Shown: in pieces, positions 35,592-47,789 of the stretch
Position numbering within the stretch: the stretch's first letter is position 1
Layout: every line of letters begins with the position of its first letter
Assembly (NCBI GenBank): GCA_038087875.1
Contig: CM075989.1
Location: 3,906,001-3,970,000, forward strand
Source: Malacoraja senta
Taxonomy: Eukaryota
Length of the DNA stretch: 64,000 nt
Direction of reading: 5' to 3'
Notes under the pieces: generated by a model
Told to the model about the DNA's origin: nothing
The model's input: the letters and a program-made list of their open reading frames with translations, nothing else
The model's database searches: none
Made by a program: the position numbers and the translations under genes

Positions 35592-38500
35592 CTATACTTG
35601 TAATAATTCTATAAATGCAGACCACGTCAGGTGCAAGTGATCTGGTTTACCTGCCAGGAGGAGTCTTATCTCTTCTAGGTGTAATGTTTCAAACATATTT
35701 GAAATACACATGTTTATAGTTGGTATTGGAGCGTTTTTCCAGAATTTTAGGATTAACTTTTTTCCAGTTATTAACCTGTAATCTATTAATTTCTTTTGAA
35801 ACACATTTAGTTCAGGACTATCTTCCGTTGTTCCGAAGATAATCCATTCTGCTTTTGGTATCAGTTTTATTTTAAATAATTTTGTAAAGATTTCAAAAAT
35901 ATCAATCCAAAATTTTTTAATTTTTGTACAAAAAACAAATGAGTGCGCTATAGTAGCTTCTTGAGATTGACATTTATCACAAATGGATGATACATTGGGG
36001 AACATTTTATTAATTTTAGTTTTTGAATAATATAATCTATGTAAAATTTTAAATTGTATTAAAGTGTGTCTTACATTAATCGAACATTTATGCATGTTTA
36101 ATAAATGTTCATTCCACCTTTCCTTTGAGATTTTAATAGCTAATTCTTGTTCCCATTCTCTTCTAATACCTTCCGTAGATGGTATTTCTACATTTAAGAT
36201 AATATTATACAAATATGATATTAAGTTTGCTGATTCAGCTTTTATCTGCATTGCTTCATCCAATACATCTGCTGGGATATTATAATGATCTTTTGTATAT
36301 TTTTTCAAATAGTCACATATTTGAAAATATTTAAAATATTGATTATTTCCCAGTTTATATTTTATTTGTAATTGTTGGAATGATAGTAATTTTCCAGTTT
36401 CATACAAGTCACCGAACGTTTTAATTCCTAGTCTATCCCATTGTATAAAATATTTGTCTGTAATAGAGGGATTAAACGAAGGGTTATTAACTATTGGAGA
36501 TAAAAGCGATAGATTTCTTAATTTTAAATTTTGTTTTATTTGTTTCCAAGTTCTGATTGTACTATGTATAATTGGGTTTTTGTTATAATTTATGTTATTC
36601 AGTTTCATTGGTGAGAGGAGGATCGCTCCAATATTACCAGAGGAGCAGTCCTCTCTCTCCATTACAATCCAGTCCACTTGCTGGGCAGAGTTGTCCATCA
36701 GTTGGATCATATTTTTAATATTTACTGACCAATAATAATCCATGAAGTTAGGGAGTGCTAAGTCCCCTAATACTTTAGCTTTGTTCAAGTGTGTTCTTTG
36801 TATTCTTTGGGATTTATAATTAGTATTGTCTGAGTCCAATTTAAAAAAAAACTTATTTGGTAGGTATATAGGAATCGATTGAAATAGGTATAAAATTTGT
36901 GGTAAGAAGATCATTTTTATTGCATTTATTCAGCCTATTAAAGACATCAGAAGCGTTTTCCAAAATTTAATTAATGTATTTAATTTATTAAGTAGAGGAT
37001 CATAATGTGCTTTGAACATGCCTTGATATGTTCTGGTGATTTCAATACCCAAGTATTTAAATTTTTCTGTAGCTATTTTAAAAGGGAATTTTAAAAGATG
37101 TGTTGAGTCTTTTGGTTTTATTGACATAATTTCACTTTTATTCCAATTTATTCTGTATCCAGAAAAGGATCCAAAGTCCTCAATTAGATTTAATATGTTT
37201 GGTATAGTAATTTGAGGTTTTGTAATGTACAATAATATATCATCCGCGTATAAAGATATTTTATTATTTGAGTATTTAGTATTATACCCATGGATATCTG
37301 GATGTGTTCTAATTTTTTCTGCTAAAGGTTCAATTATGAGAGCAAACAACTGTGGCGATAATCATCCTTGTCTGTTTCCCCTTGATAGTTGAAATTTCGA
37401 GGATAATATGTTATTAGTTAATATTCTAGCTGTAGGTTTATTATATAATAATTTAATCCATAAAATAAAATTCCCAGTTGGAATTTTTGTAATACTTTAT
37501 CCATATAATTCCATTCTACTTGGTCAAATGCTTTTTCAGCGTCCAGCGAAATAATTGATGATTCTTGTTCTTCAATTTTGTGTGAGTGCATTATATTGAG
37601 TAGACGTCTCATATTATTAGATGAATATCTCTTAGCTAATGTTTTCGCTAATATTTTTTGATCTGTATTTAACAATGCTATAGCTCTATATGAACCCGGT
37701 TCTTCTATATCTTTGTCTTTTTTAAGTATTAGTGTGATCGTTGATTCAGCTAATGTATCAGGTAATAGTTGTTTTTTAAAAGCATATTGATACATTTTTT
37801 GTAACCGTGGTATAATTTTGTCATAAAAGCTTTTATAAAATTCATTAGTAAATCCATCAGGACCTGGAGTTTTTCCATTCTTTAATGAATTTATTGTGTC
37901 TTCTAATTCCTTGATTGAAATTTGTGCACCCAATTCCTCTTGTTCCTTCAACTCTAACTTTGGAAGATTACAATTATCCAAGAACTCTGTAATTTTATTG
38001 GAGTCCGTTGTCGTTTTAGATGCGTACAAATTCTCATAAAATTGCGCAAATCTTTTATTAATATCCTTCGGTATGGTTAGTAATTCCCCTCTATCTGATT
38101 TAATCTTTTGGATCGTATGTTCTTTTTCTCATTTTTTTAGCTGACGAGCAAAAAAAGTTGATGCGGTTTATCTCCAAATTCAAAGTGTTCCTGTTTTGTA
38201 ATTTGGAAAAGTCTTATAAGTTTGGCTGATAATAGTTTATTTAATTTAAATTTCAAAATTATTATTTTATTATGTTTATCTATTGATGGATCTTTAGCAT
38301 TATCTATATCCATTTGTCTAATAAGTTCTTCTAACTGTCTTTGTTCATTCTTATTCTTTTTATTTTGAAAAGCTTAGTATGAGATTATAACACCTCTAAT
38401 AAATGCTTTAAAAGATTCCCATAGTAAAGTAGGCGATATATCTGGAGTGTCATTTATTTCAAAAAAGACGTCCATTTGTTCTTTTAAATATATACTCGCT

Positions 38501-39306
38501 TGCGGATCTTTTAGGATTTGAGAATTGAATCTCCAAAACGATTTATTCTTAGACATTCCTTCCAGTTTTAAAAAGAAAGTTAGTGGTGAATGGTCTGAAA
38601 TCGAATTTGTATGGTATGCTGGGTTCACAGTGTGAGGGATTAATTTTGTATCCACCAGGAAATAATCTATACGTGAGTATGTTTTGTGTACCATTGAATA
38701 AAACGAGTATTCCCTGCCAGTCGGATTAGCAATTCTCCAAACATCTGTTATATTGGTATTATTTATATAAGTATTTAAAAGTTCACTAGTTTTAGATTTC
38801 GTATTCCCTCTCTGTTTTTGGCTTGATTTGTCTAAATACGGATCTAAAACACAGTTAAAGTCTCCTCCTATTATAACATTTTGATAATTAAACTCTGCGA
38901 TTATGTTCAGAATTTTATTGAAAAAATGAGGATTGTCAAAGTTAGGCGCGTATATATTTACCAAGGTAATTGGAGTATCATGAATTTCTCCGGTAACTAT
39001 CAAATATCTCCCTTCAATGTCTGTTATGGTATTCTTTGTTTTGAATGGTATACCTTTTCTAATAATGATTGACATACCTCTAGATTTCGAAGTGTATAAA
39101 GAATGATATATTTGACATATCCATTTCGCCCTCAACCTAGCTTGATCCTGGTATTTTAGATGAGTTTCTTGTAAGAAAATGATGTCGGAATTGTACAGTT
39201 TCAGCTGAGCTAATATCTTACCCCTTTTAATAGGTTCATTAATACCTCTTATATTCCAACTGCAGAATGAGACTCCTCCTAGGTTCTTTTGTTTAACATC
39301 TTGCAT
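35592..39306 (-). pseudogene. L1 ORF2 (AP endonuclease, RT, C-terminal Cys motif), fragmented
   Basis: SWNIRG, FLQETHL, GDFN, SRIDYF and SDHSP (38374-39306); KTPGPDGF and SLDAEKAFD (37418-38029); LYADD (36930-37349); CDKC...H...C (35592-36914). Confidence 0.92.
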
Positions 39307-40194
39307 TTTGAATAATTATAATACCTTTAAATCTTGCGGTGCATCCATTTCTCAGGTCTTTGGGTATTGGGGGAACCTTTGCATTACTAAGTTTTGTTAG
39401 CATATCCCTTTTACGCTTATCACTAAACATAAAACACAAACATGTGACTTTATGTGGTAATAATAATAATTAAAACAAATTGAAAAAGTGAAAATACAGT
39501 GTCTAAAATGGTCGACACTGTAACAAGTGGCCCACCTGTAGTTGGGAGAAAACCTTGTTTCGACTTCCATTGTTGATGTTAAACAAATAACTCCGCACCC
39601 TTGGTTAATCATAACATAATAGGACGGGGCCTCACAATCAGATATATAATACAAATTTACCCTATATATTTCATTATAACATATCATATATATATCGCAA
39701 TTTTATCTACTAATTATTAAACGAATGATTTTACCTTCAATAATAATCAACTGTTGGTTGAAGGGGTTAATGAAACGTGCTCCTGGACCTGAGCCAGGTG
39801 CTCGTTTCTCATCCCCTCCTCCCAGTTATAGATAAGGTTTAGATTTAGTAAAAATTGATGTTAGTTATGTTAGTTTGTTATTTTTTTTATTAGCGTCCGT
39901 TACTATTCTAGTTTAATATTGATAACTTGTTAAATTGTTAAGTTGTTAATAGGATCAATTCTTACAATTGGATTTAATATTATAATCTATTAAACAATTA
40001 ATGCTTCTGGTATAGTCCATTCTCTTCGGTTCGGCTGTTTACTTCGTTTGGAACACAGAATGTCCTTGAGTTAAAATTCCACAGATAACCAGTCTCGCCA
40101 TCCTAAACAAAACACTACATGAAATGGTTCTGAGCTGCCGATCCTCCATTAACTGGAATTCCAATAAAAAAGTTTGTTCATACCATCTATGTCG

Positions 40195-41091
40195 CTACTT
40201 TTCAACGATGCTCTGGGCATATTTGTACGCATCCTCCGGGTTTACAAATGATCTTTCACGTCCATTATAAGAGATGCGCATTTTAGCCGGATAAAAGACA
40301 CCATATCTAACATCTTGTTTCCCCCTTAAAAGTTCTTTTACCTTTCCGAATTGATTTCTCTTTTGCACAATTTCATATGGATAGTCCCTGAATATTTTGA
40401 TAATGTCGTTATCAAGCCTCAATTGCACTCCATATTTGATTTTACTCATCACCTCTTCCAGTTCTGAAATGTCTCGAAATTTCACAATAATCTGTCATGG
40501 GTGGTCTTGTCTAGCTTGAGATCTCGGTTTAAATCTCGGTACATGGTGTGCCACTTCAATTTTCGGTTCTTTGGAGAGATTAAGCAGTTGTTTAAGTAAG
40601 TCCATGGCAAACTCACGAATGTCCCTTCCCTCAGTTCCCTCTGAGACGCCAAGAATTCTCAAATTCTGGCGTCTAGAACGAGCTTCCAGGTCCAGGCATT
40701 TATCTGAAACTTTCCCCAGTTGAGTCGTCATCTGTACTAAAGTTTGCTCATGTTCTTGCTTCATTTGATCATGTTCCCGCCTCATTTTCACCATGTCTTC
40801 AGCCACTCGAGCCATATTTTTCTCCAATTCCGTGATTGTAGCCATACTTGTAGCTACTGTTTCAAGCACAGCCATGAACCTGTCCGTAGTAACTTTTTCC
40901 ATCTTATCAATTCTCCCCGATAGTCCATCTTTCACATCATCAATTTGTTTATTTATAGTGTCAAGTGAATCAATCACCTTCTGATTACCAGCATCAATAA
41001 CCTTCTGATTACCAGCATTCGAATCCTCCATCATCTTTTCGATTTTTTCCATCATTTTTTCCATCAGTTTTATTTTCATCCAAAACTTCAT
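40195..41091 (-). pseudogene. L1 ORF1 (coiled coil, RRM, CTD), frameshifted
   Basis: DLEARSRRQNLRILGVSEG, IEVAH, IFRDY and YPAKMRI motifs across ORFs 40495-41091 and 40195-40485. Confidence 0.88.
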
Positions 41092-41969
41092 CTTTCATAT
41101 CTTTCACTGATTTCTTCAAATCCTCAAATTATTTATCCTTAGCCAGCTCTGTCTTAGATCTTGTATCCATTTCTGCAGCCACTTCAGGAACTTCAGAGGT
41201 AACTTCTCCTTCAGGATTCTTCAGGCTTTTCAGCAGCTGTTTTTTAACTGTTCTCTGAGGGCTCTGAGCTGGAGACAGTCTTTTCATTTAAAAGTCCTTA
41301 AGCCACCGTTTAAAACATCGCGCTTACTGATGACGTCATCAGCACGGCGACCAGAAGCTCCGGTAAGGTTTTTAAATCAATTCCGACTTATAGACCCGTT
41401 TTAACGTGAAAAATCGCGATTTTTTTCGGGAGCGGAGCTAGGTGCACGTCTGTTAGTGTAACGTGGCACCACCGGAAGTCACAAAAAAACATTGTAAACC
41501 TCCCCGCAACTTCATCTGGTGTCTCAGCCATGCTGATCCGGGCCAGACTCCCTGCACGCTGTGGAAGGAACATCTTTTCGCTTTTATTGTGATTTATTTC
41601 TCTTTCTAACACTGAATATCTGATAACGACACATTAGCAGCATATGGCACCAATTTTGCACCAACCCACTCAAATTTAAATAATATAATTCTTAATAGAA
41701 ATCCATTAACATGGTTAACACTTTATTTCTGACATGCATAGTAAGATCTACATAATTCACATTATTCTTTGCGCGAGATATACAGGGTTGCAGTGTTCAA
41801 CATATCAGCTAACCAATGAAAGTGATGTACAATTCAACGTATGTAACACAATGATAGCCCCACCCCTGCTCACACCAAAGAGCAAAACATCCAACGTAGA
41901 TACAATAATAAATAAATCGCCATTTGCATTGTTTTGTGCAGTTAACAAATCACAATTTCACACAATGTA

Positions 41970-42313
41970 CATAAGACGGCAGCTATTTGACAAATACTCT
42001 GCAGTTCATCTGGTGTCTCAGGAGATCATGTCGGCGAGTATTCTGGACCCACCGTCGACATCTGAAATTACAGAAAATATCATGCAGTCAATATGTTCTT
42101 ATTCTGCATTAAATAACAGAGAGGTAGAAAGAAAATGCTCTTGAGAAGATTTTTACAAGGATGTTGCCATGAGGACTCAACTATCTGAGCTCAATGATCT
42201 AACTACAGTGAGAGATTGAACAGGCTAAATAAAATTTTCAATATGCCACAGAAGTAATAAATGTTTTCTTACCTTTCCTCCTTAATGGGGAACCTGAAGA
42301 AAGACAAGTCGGG
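41970..42313 (-). pseudogene. THAP zinc-finger domain relic in two exons
   Basis: Exon 42313-42273 reads PDLSFFRFPIKEE+AG; GT..AG intron 42272-42062; exon from 42061 reads (R)CRRWVQNTRRHDLL, then frameshifted TAEYLSNSCRL. Confidence 0.75.
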
Positions 42314-42734
42314 TTACCTACATTGCCGATAGGATCTTTGGATACCAGTGCGGAGGCGGAAGCAAGATGGACGAAAGCTGGTTACGGAAATGGTCCTATA
42401 ATTACCCATGAATCTGCCCATGACCGTACCACGTGTTTTTCGCAGGAGTAGTCCATCTTTGGGTGAAAGGGGTTGTGAGGGGAAAATAGATCAGTCATGA
42501 TTGAAATGCACAGTAATTCAATAGGCCGTAATGCTGAATTCTGCTCCAATAACTTATGAACTGATAAACACCTTTTTCTATTGTTAAATTGTGGTTAGTT
42601 TTCAGCCTGATCTATAGTTTAGCTCCCTGGTCAGTCAATGTATGCTGCATTCTGACAAACACCTTTCGCAGTTTATTCAATGGTTACAACTCTGGTCATC
42701 TAAACTGTCCTTCCCCCTCTATTCATTGCAAATC

Positions 42735-43040
42735 AGCGGTGCAGCAGGTAGGGTTGCTGTTGCATAGCACCGGAAACCAGGTGAGACCCTAAACTCTGGT
42801 ACTATCAGTGTGGAGTTTGCACATTGGCCCTGTGACCATATGAGTTTCGTCCGGTTGCATTGGTTTCTTCACACATGGCAAAGATGTGTGGGTTTACAGG
42901 TTGATTGGCCTCTAAGTTGCCCCAAATGTGTCAGGAGTGGATGAGAAAGTGGGATAACATAGAACTAGTGTGAGCGGGTGATCGATGATCAGCATGGACT
43001 AGGTGGGTCGAAGGGCCTGTTTCAATGCTGAATTTTTAAA
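42735..43040 (+). mobile_element. HE1-like V-SINE (diverged)
   Basis: cagcggtgcagcaggtag head, ggagtttgcacatt core and gaagggcctgtttc tail. Confidence 0.7.
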
Positions 43041-43194
43041 CATAAAATCACAAAAGTTCAATAAGACTCTGGGATAAAGATTTCACATTGCTATTTTGGG
43101 GGAAATTGATTGCATCTGATTTACAGGAAATCCAGTTTGTGTTCAATTCACAGGAGAGCAACTCTTACATAACCTGTGGAACCCCTGTATACAG

Positions 43195-43410
43195 TACAGC
43201 GCGGTGGTGCAACAATAGAGCTGCTGCCTTACAGCGCCAGGGACCCGGCTACAATCCTGTCTGTGGGTGCTGTCTTTAGGAGTTTATACGTTCTCCCTGT
43301 GTGTCCATAGTGTGTGCAGGCTAGTGTTCGTGTGCGGTGATCGCTGGCCGGAGTGGACTCGGTGGGTTGAAGGGCCTGTTTCCGCGTGGTATCTCAAAAC
43401 TAAACTAAAC
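43195..43410 (+). mobile_element. HE1-like V-SINE with internal deletion
   Basis: Head and tail motifs present; part of the core is missing. Confidence 0.7.
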
Positions 43411-43765
43411 GAAACAAGTAAATGGCATGAATCCTTGGGGGCACTGTGATACAGAGAGATCTTCGATTGCAAATCCATTACATCCTGAATGTAACAACAC
43501 AAGTGCAGAAGGTAGTGAGGACGGCATAAGGCAAGCTTGCCTTCATCTGTGGGGGCATTAAGTACAGAAAGTTCCAATTCATTTTGTACATCACTTTGCC
43601 TTGGCCACATTTAGATTATTGTGTGCATTTCTGGTCACCACATCACATAAAGGTTAAGGAGGAGAGTGAAGAGTGAAGAGTGCGCTGTGATGCGGTTTTC
43701 TCCGGGTGCTTCGGTTTCCTCCAACCCTCCAAATACAGGCTTGTAGGTTAATTAGTTTTGGATAA

Positions 43766-46030
43766 AAAATAGTAAGAGTAAACGAGAACTTACCAGTTTG
43801 AAGTTTGATCGTTATTTTATGAGGAGTTACGATGAGGGATTACGTGAAGAAGGCCGTCCCCACGCGTGCGTGTCAATCTTCAAAGCAGCGGTGTGAAATC
43901 ACAGATAACAGTGTTGAACTAACATAGTAAGATTAGAGTTGACTAGAACTTACAGAAAGATGGTTATGTTACGAGGGTTGGGAGCGGTGGGCACGTAATC
44001 CCTCATCGTAACTCCTCATAAAATAACGATCAAACTTCAAACTGGTAAGTTCTCGTTTAATCTTACTATTTTACTTCGGAGTCACGTGAGTGACTACGTG
44101 AAGATTTTGAAGCTCTGTAATTTCATGCCGTGGAAAACGAGTCCACACAAGCACAATGGCATGAGTTGACCACAGATAAAGGAAACATTCATAATGCATA
44201 CAGACATGACATAGATTTAAAACATGCTGATGCTGATAAATGAACAAATAACAATCATAAAAGTAACCCCTCTCATCCGAGGGGGGAAACTATGAAATAG
44301 AACCTAAAATAGAGTTGGCAAATACCCCTGGTCTGGCAATGGGTTAAAATAATATGTTTGGAAACCTCGTACGTTAGACCATCCTGCAGTCGGCAGGATG
44401 TGGTCCAGAGGACCATACATAACCCTTGCTGCTGATGTAGTAGCAGCCCTGGTGGAGTGAGATTAGAAATTAGTATCTACTCCTGTATGAGCCAGAACCC
44501 CTTTTTAACCACCTGGAGGTAGTCTAAACTGATACCTTCTTATGAGGTTATTAGTAACAAACTACATAGGTAGTATGAGAGCCTCTAAGGCTCTAGGTGA
44601 CCTTGATGTAATGTTGTAAACGTGTGACCACACATAACTGATGGTGCATGGGGTATGCCCTGAGAACTAGTTTGAGACCTGACACCCCTGGGCTACCCTG
44701 CGTAAATAAATCGTAAACATGACATATTATATAAGTAGGTATAACCACCCTGTCCAGTCGCAATTTATGTAATGACTGGACCCGTTGTGCTGAGAACAGC
44801 AGCAATGGTATACCTTATGAGCCCCGAGCCCAAGGTAGGGATATAGCTGGAGCCCCCATGGCGAAGCCATACTCCGTGTACTTGGGTCTGGGAGAACATG
44901 TGTAAAGATATCCTTAATAAACTAGAATCAGAGGGCGAGACCCGACAGAGCTGGGTCCCGCTCGCTGCAGCATATATGATGAGAAAGCACGTTGAGCACA
45001 GTTAATGGGACTATAACTTAATTTATTGTCAAGGGCCCATAGAAAATTAATTCTGAGACGTCGGTGTCCGTGCCGTATGATATGTAACATAACACTTATG
45101 CAGAACGTTTCACATCTCCTGAAGAGGAAATGTACTGCTATTTCTGGTGCTATCCCTGCACTCTGCAGTGAGCACATACATGGATTGGTCTGACAATCCA
45201 AGCCGCAGGAGCTGTCTTCTCAGATTCTGTAAGGCAATGAATTGATTAATCATACAGAGGCTGGTTCCCCGAGTCCCAGGCTGAACCAGCAAGATTTATG
45301 TTTAGCAACCCCATATAAGGTTCTACTATAATTCCCAACATGTGCGGGAAACCATGGCTGCATAGGCCAGTCAGACAGTACAAAAAACCCTAAAGACCCT
45401 AATCTTGCTGAATCATTGCAAGACCCGACTGATGAGGTAAAATGGAGCAACGCCACAACAGAACATTCCTCCATCGTGTAGCAAGAATGTATCTCTTGCC
45501 ACTGTGATGCCACATGTCTTTACAACCTGGTGAATGAGCCTGGATGCAAACATATCAATATTTGTTGTTCCATCGAGGCATAATGTCATAAAATACTAGT
45601 GATGCAACATCCATTCTGTGTTGTAATTGATTTATGTGATGATACACCAGTGCCAAATAAAGTTGGGTAAATTATGACAGGATACTTTGACTTGATTGCA
45701 CCCATGTGACGAACATAAGCCACCACCACAGTGTATCAACCTGGAATTGAGCATGCAGATCATGCATATCCGCACAACAAACCTTTTAACCCATAGTATG
45801 CACCTAGTGTCTATAGGTAGTTGATACCAATAACTGAAGAATTGGTAATTCATGCAAATCCCATCCCTCCATAACTAGAGATGGCATTCGTAATTTCCCA
45901 TCTTTAAGCACTAGCATCAGTCTGTAAATACAACTGAAGATTATTGACCAAAACTACTGGAGCAATGCTGAATATTGTTCATCCACCATAGTGACCCTGA
46001 TGGCTTCAGCTGGTAATAGCATAGGTCTGC
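43766..46030 (-). mobile_element. DIRS1-type retrotransposon 3' portion (RH, MT and YR remnants, ICR, right terminus)
   Basis: SAQRVQSL (YR box I), SHSTRA and AGWS (box II region), IDMFASR (MT-like); 81-bp inverted repeat 43766-43846 / 43992-44072; left-terminus copy at 44069-44104. Confidence 0.9.
43992..44104. repeat. DIRS internal complementary region (ICR)
   Basis: Fusion of sequences complementary to the right end (81 bp, one mismatch) and the left end (about 35 bp), joined at ATTTT. Confidence 0.9.
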
Positions 46031-47390
46031 AACAATGAGTTAACTAGCACTTAAGAGATTACTAATTTGCACATTCCCTTCTGATTATAAATCACATAGC
46101 CTGACAACCACTCTTCCTTTTCAATAATGGATGAGCTGCCATCCATAAAACAGGGTAACATCTGGATTTGTTAGCCCATTCAGTCAGGGACAGCTACTGG
46201 TGGAACTTCTCTCGTTTCTCTCATCACATATTCATTTTTTACCTTTACCTGTATCCAATAGGAGTCTTTCCAAAAGGCTCTCACAGCTTGACATGCGGGC
46301 CGATGAAGACTCTGACCAGTCCATATTATTGGTTTTAATAGCTATTGCGACGCTGGAAGGCAAGCAGTTCATAAGCATAGCACAAAACTGTGGCGAGTCA
46401 TTTCCTTGCTGATACTGAGTGTCACCTGACTGGTTGCCGTAGATGGTTTTAAACCTTTCCAGAAAATCTTCTGCAGCCTCTTCTTCCTCTGTTCATATCC
46501 AAAACCTTTGATATATCGATTGGCTGCTGGAGAGTGAGGCCCACAGCTGCCAACATAAGCTGTAATCGATCCTCATTGTTACCTGCCCCTGGGTGCACCG
46601 CGTCTAGGGCTGCGTGGTTGTCATACGTTAAGTGAACCAAGAATCTGGTATACTCAATTGCCGCTAATACTTGCTGAAGTAGTGCCCATAAATCTCTGGA
46701 ATCGGCGTGATATACAGATATCGTTGTTCTTAAAAATTCAATGAAAGCTTCTGGATTCTGATTCTTATTAGGCACTCCCCAAAAAATTGCCATCATCTCA
46801 TTTGGTTTCCATGGCAGCCACACATTATTCATGGCTGTTTCGCCGTTGTCTTGTTGGTTGGGTGGAGGAGGTATTAGGGCTCTGGGGTTAGGGACCGTTC
46901 TGACAGGATATTGGCGCCTGCAGGATGCTTTCTTATTCCGTCTATTTCAGCACCTTCTCTTTTTGTTTCTGGGGTTTGGCTTTCTCAGCCAAGTGCTCCC
47001 TTCTACAGTCCCAACTGTGTGACCTCCTTTCCTCCTGTCCTTCTTGCGCCTGTTCTCTAGACTGGGACCTAGTATGCCATGCTACGGGGTCTGTAAACTG
47101 GGGCTTCTCCTTCTTCTTGGGTCAGACGCCTGAAGTGGATGCACTGTTGGTTCCTGACTCTGCCTTGGGTAAACTTGGGTAAATTTCTGTCACCACTGAT
47201 TAGGGCTCAGATTGTGGTGTGGGTGGAGCTGGGGGCTGATAGGGAAGTGGAGTTGCGCTAGGAGCCAAATTCCAATCATTTTCCTATGCCTCCTCTTCAT
47301 CTCCCTCTGCTAACTGAAGGCCAACCATTGAACTGCCAGTCCTTTTTGTATCTTCCACAGATTCTCCTGCCTGCTTGTTTATTTATTTAT
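46030..47390 (-). mobile_element. endogenous retrovirus gag remnant (gamma/epsilon-like)
   Basis: ORF 46449-46832 VWLPWKPNEM...PEAFIEFL...YHADSRDLWALLQQVL resembles a capsid N-terminal domain; Pro-rich segment near 47200-47270; PBS and LTR lie beyond the LINE insertion, at 54587 onward. Confidence 0.6.
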
Positions 47391-47391
47391 T

Positions 47392-47497
<106 letters not shown>

Positions 47498-47789
47498 CAA
47501 TTCAATTCAATTTAAAACTTTATTGGCATGATACAAAAAACATTGTTATATTGCCAAAGTATGAAACATGACATACATATTTAAGATGCATAAGTATAAA
47601 TACAAGTATACAGTGCATAGATATATGTCCCTGTACATAAACTCGCAAGAGGCCTATAGCCTTTTATTGATTGCTACACGTTCTTGCAGCTGTAAGCAGT
47701 ACAACAGGATAGCTAATTTTGCAATTCAATATTAATTTCTTAGTGTAAGTTAATGTCAATTAGTGTGTGCGTACATATGTGCATATTGG

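Larger units (their letters stand above)
35198..41480 (-). mobile_element. full-length L1-clade LINE (about 6.3 kb), inactivated by frameshifts
   Basis: TSD ACAAAAAAACATTGT at 35183-35197 and 41481-41495; 5' start GACTTCCGG; ORF1 and ORF2 fragments; A-rich 3' tail. Confidence 0.93.
34414..42461 (-). mobile_element. THAP-domain DNA transposon relic (P-like or hAT-like) with 8-bp TSD, hosting a full-length L1
   Basis: TSD GGTGAAAG at 34406-34413 and 42462-42469. Termini CAAAGAT...ATCTTTG with subterminal inverted ACTCCTGCGAAA. Flanks rejoin into a CR1 tail. Spliced THAP fragment at 41970-42313. Confidence 0.8.

Noticed and set aside
41734..42144. 136-aa plus-strand ORF inside the THAP element
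   Set aside because: No recognisable motif; the meaningful signal is the spliced THAP relic on the opposite strand.
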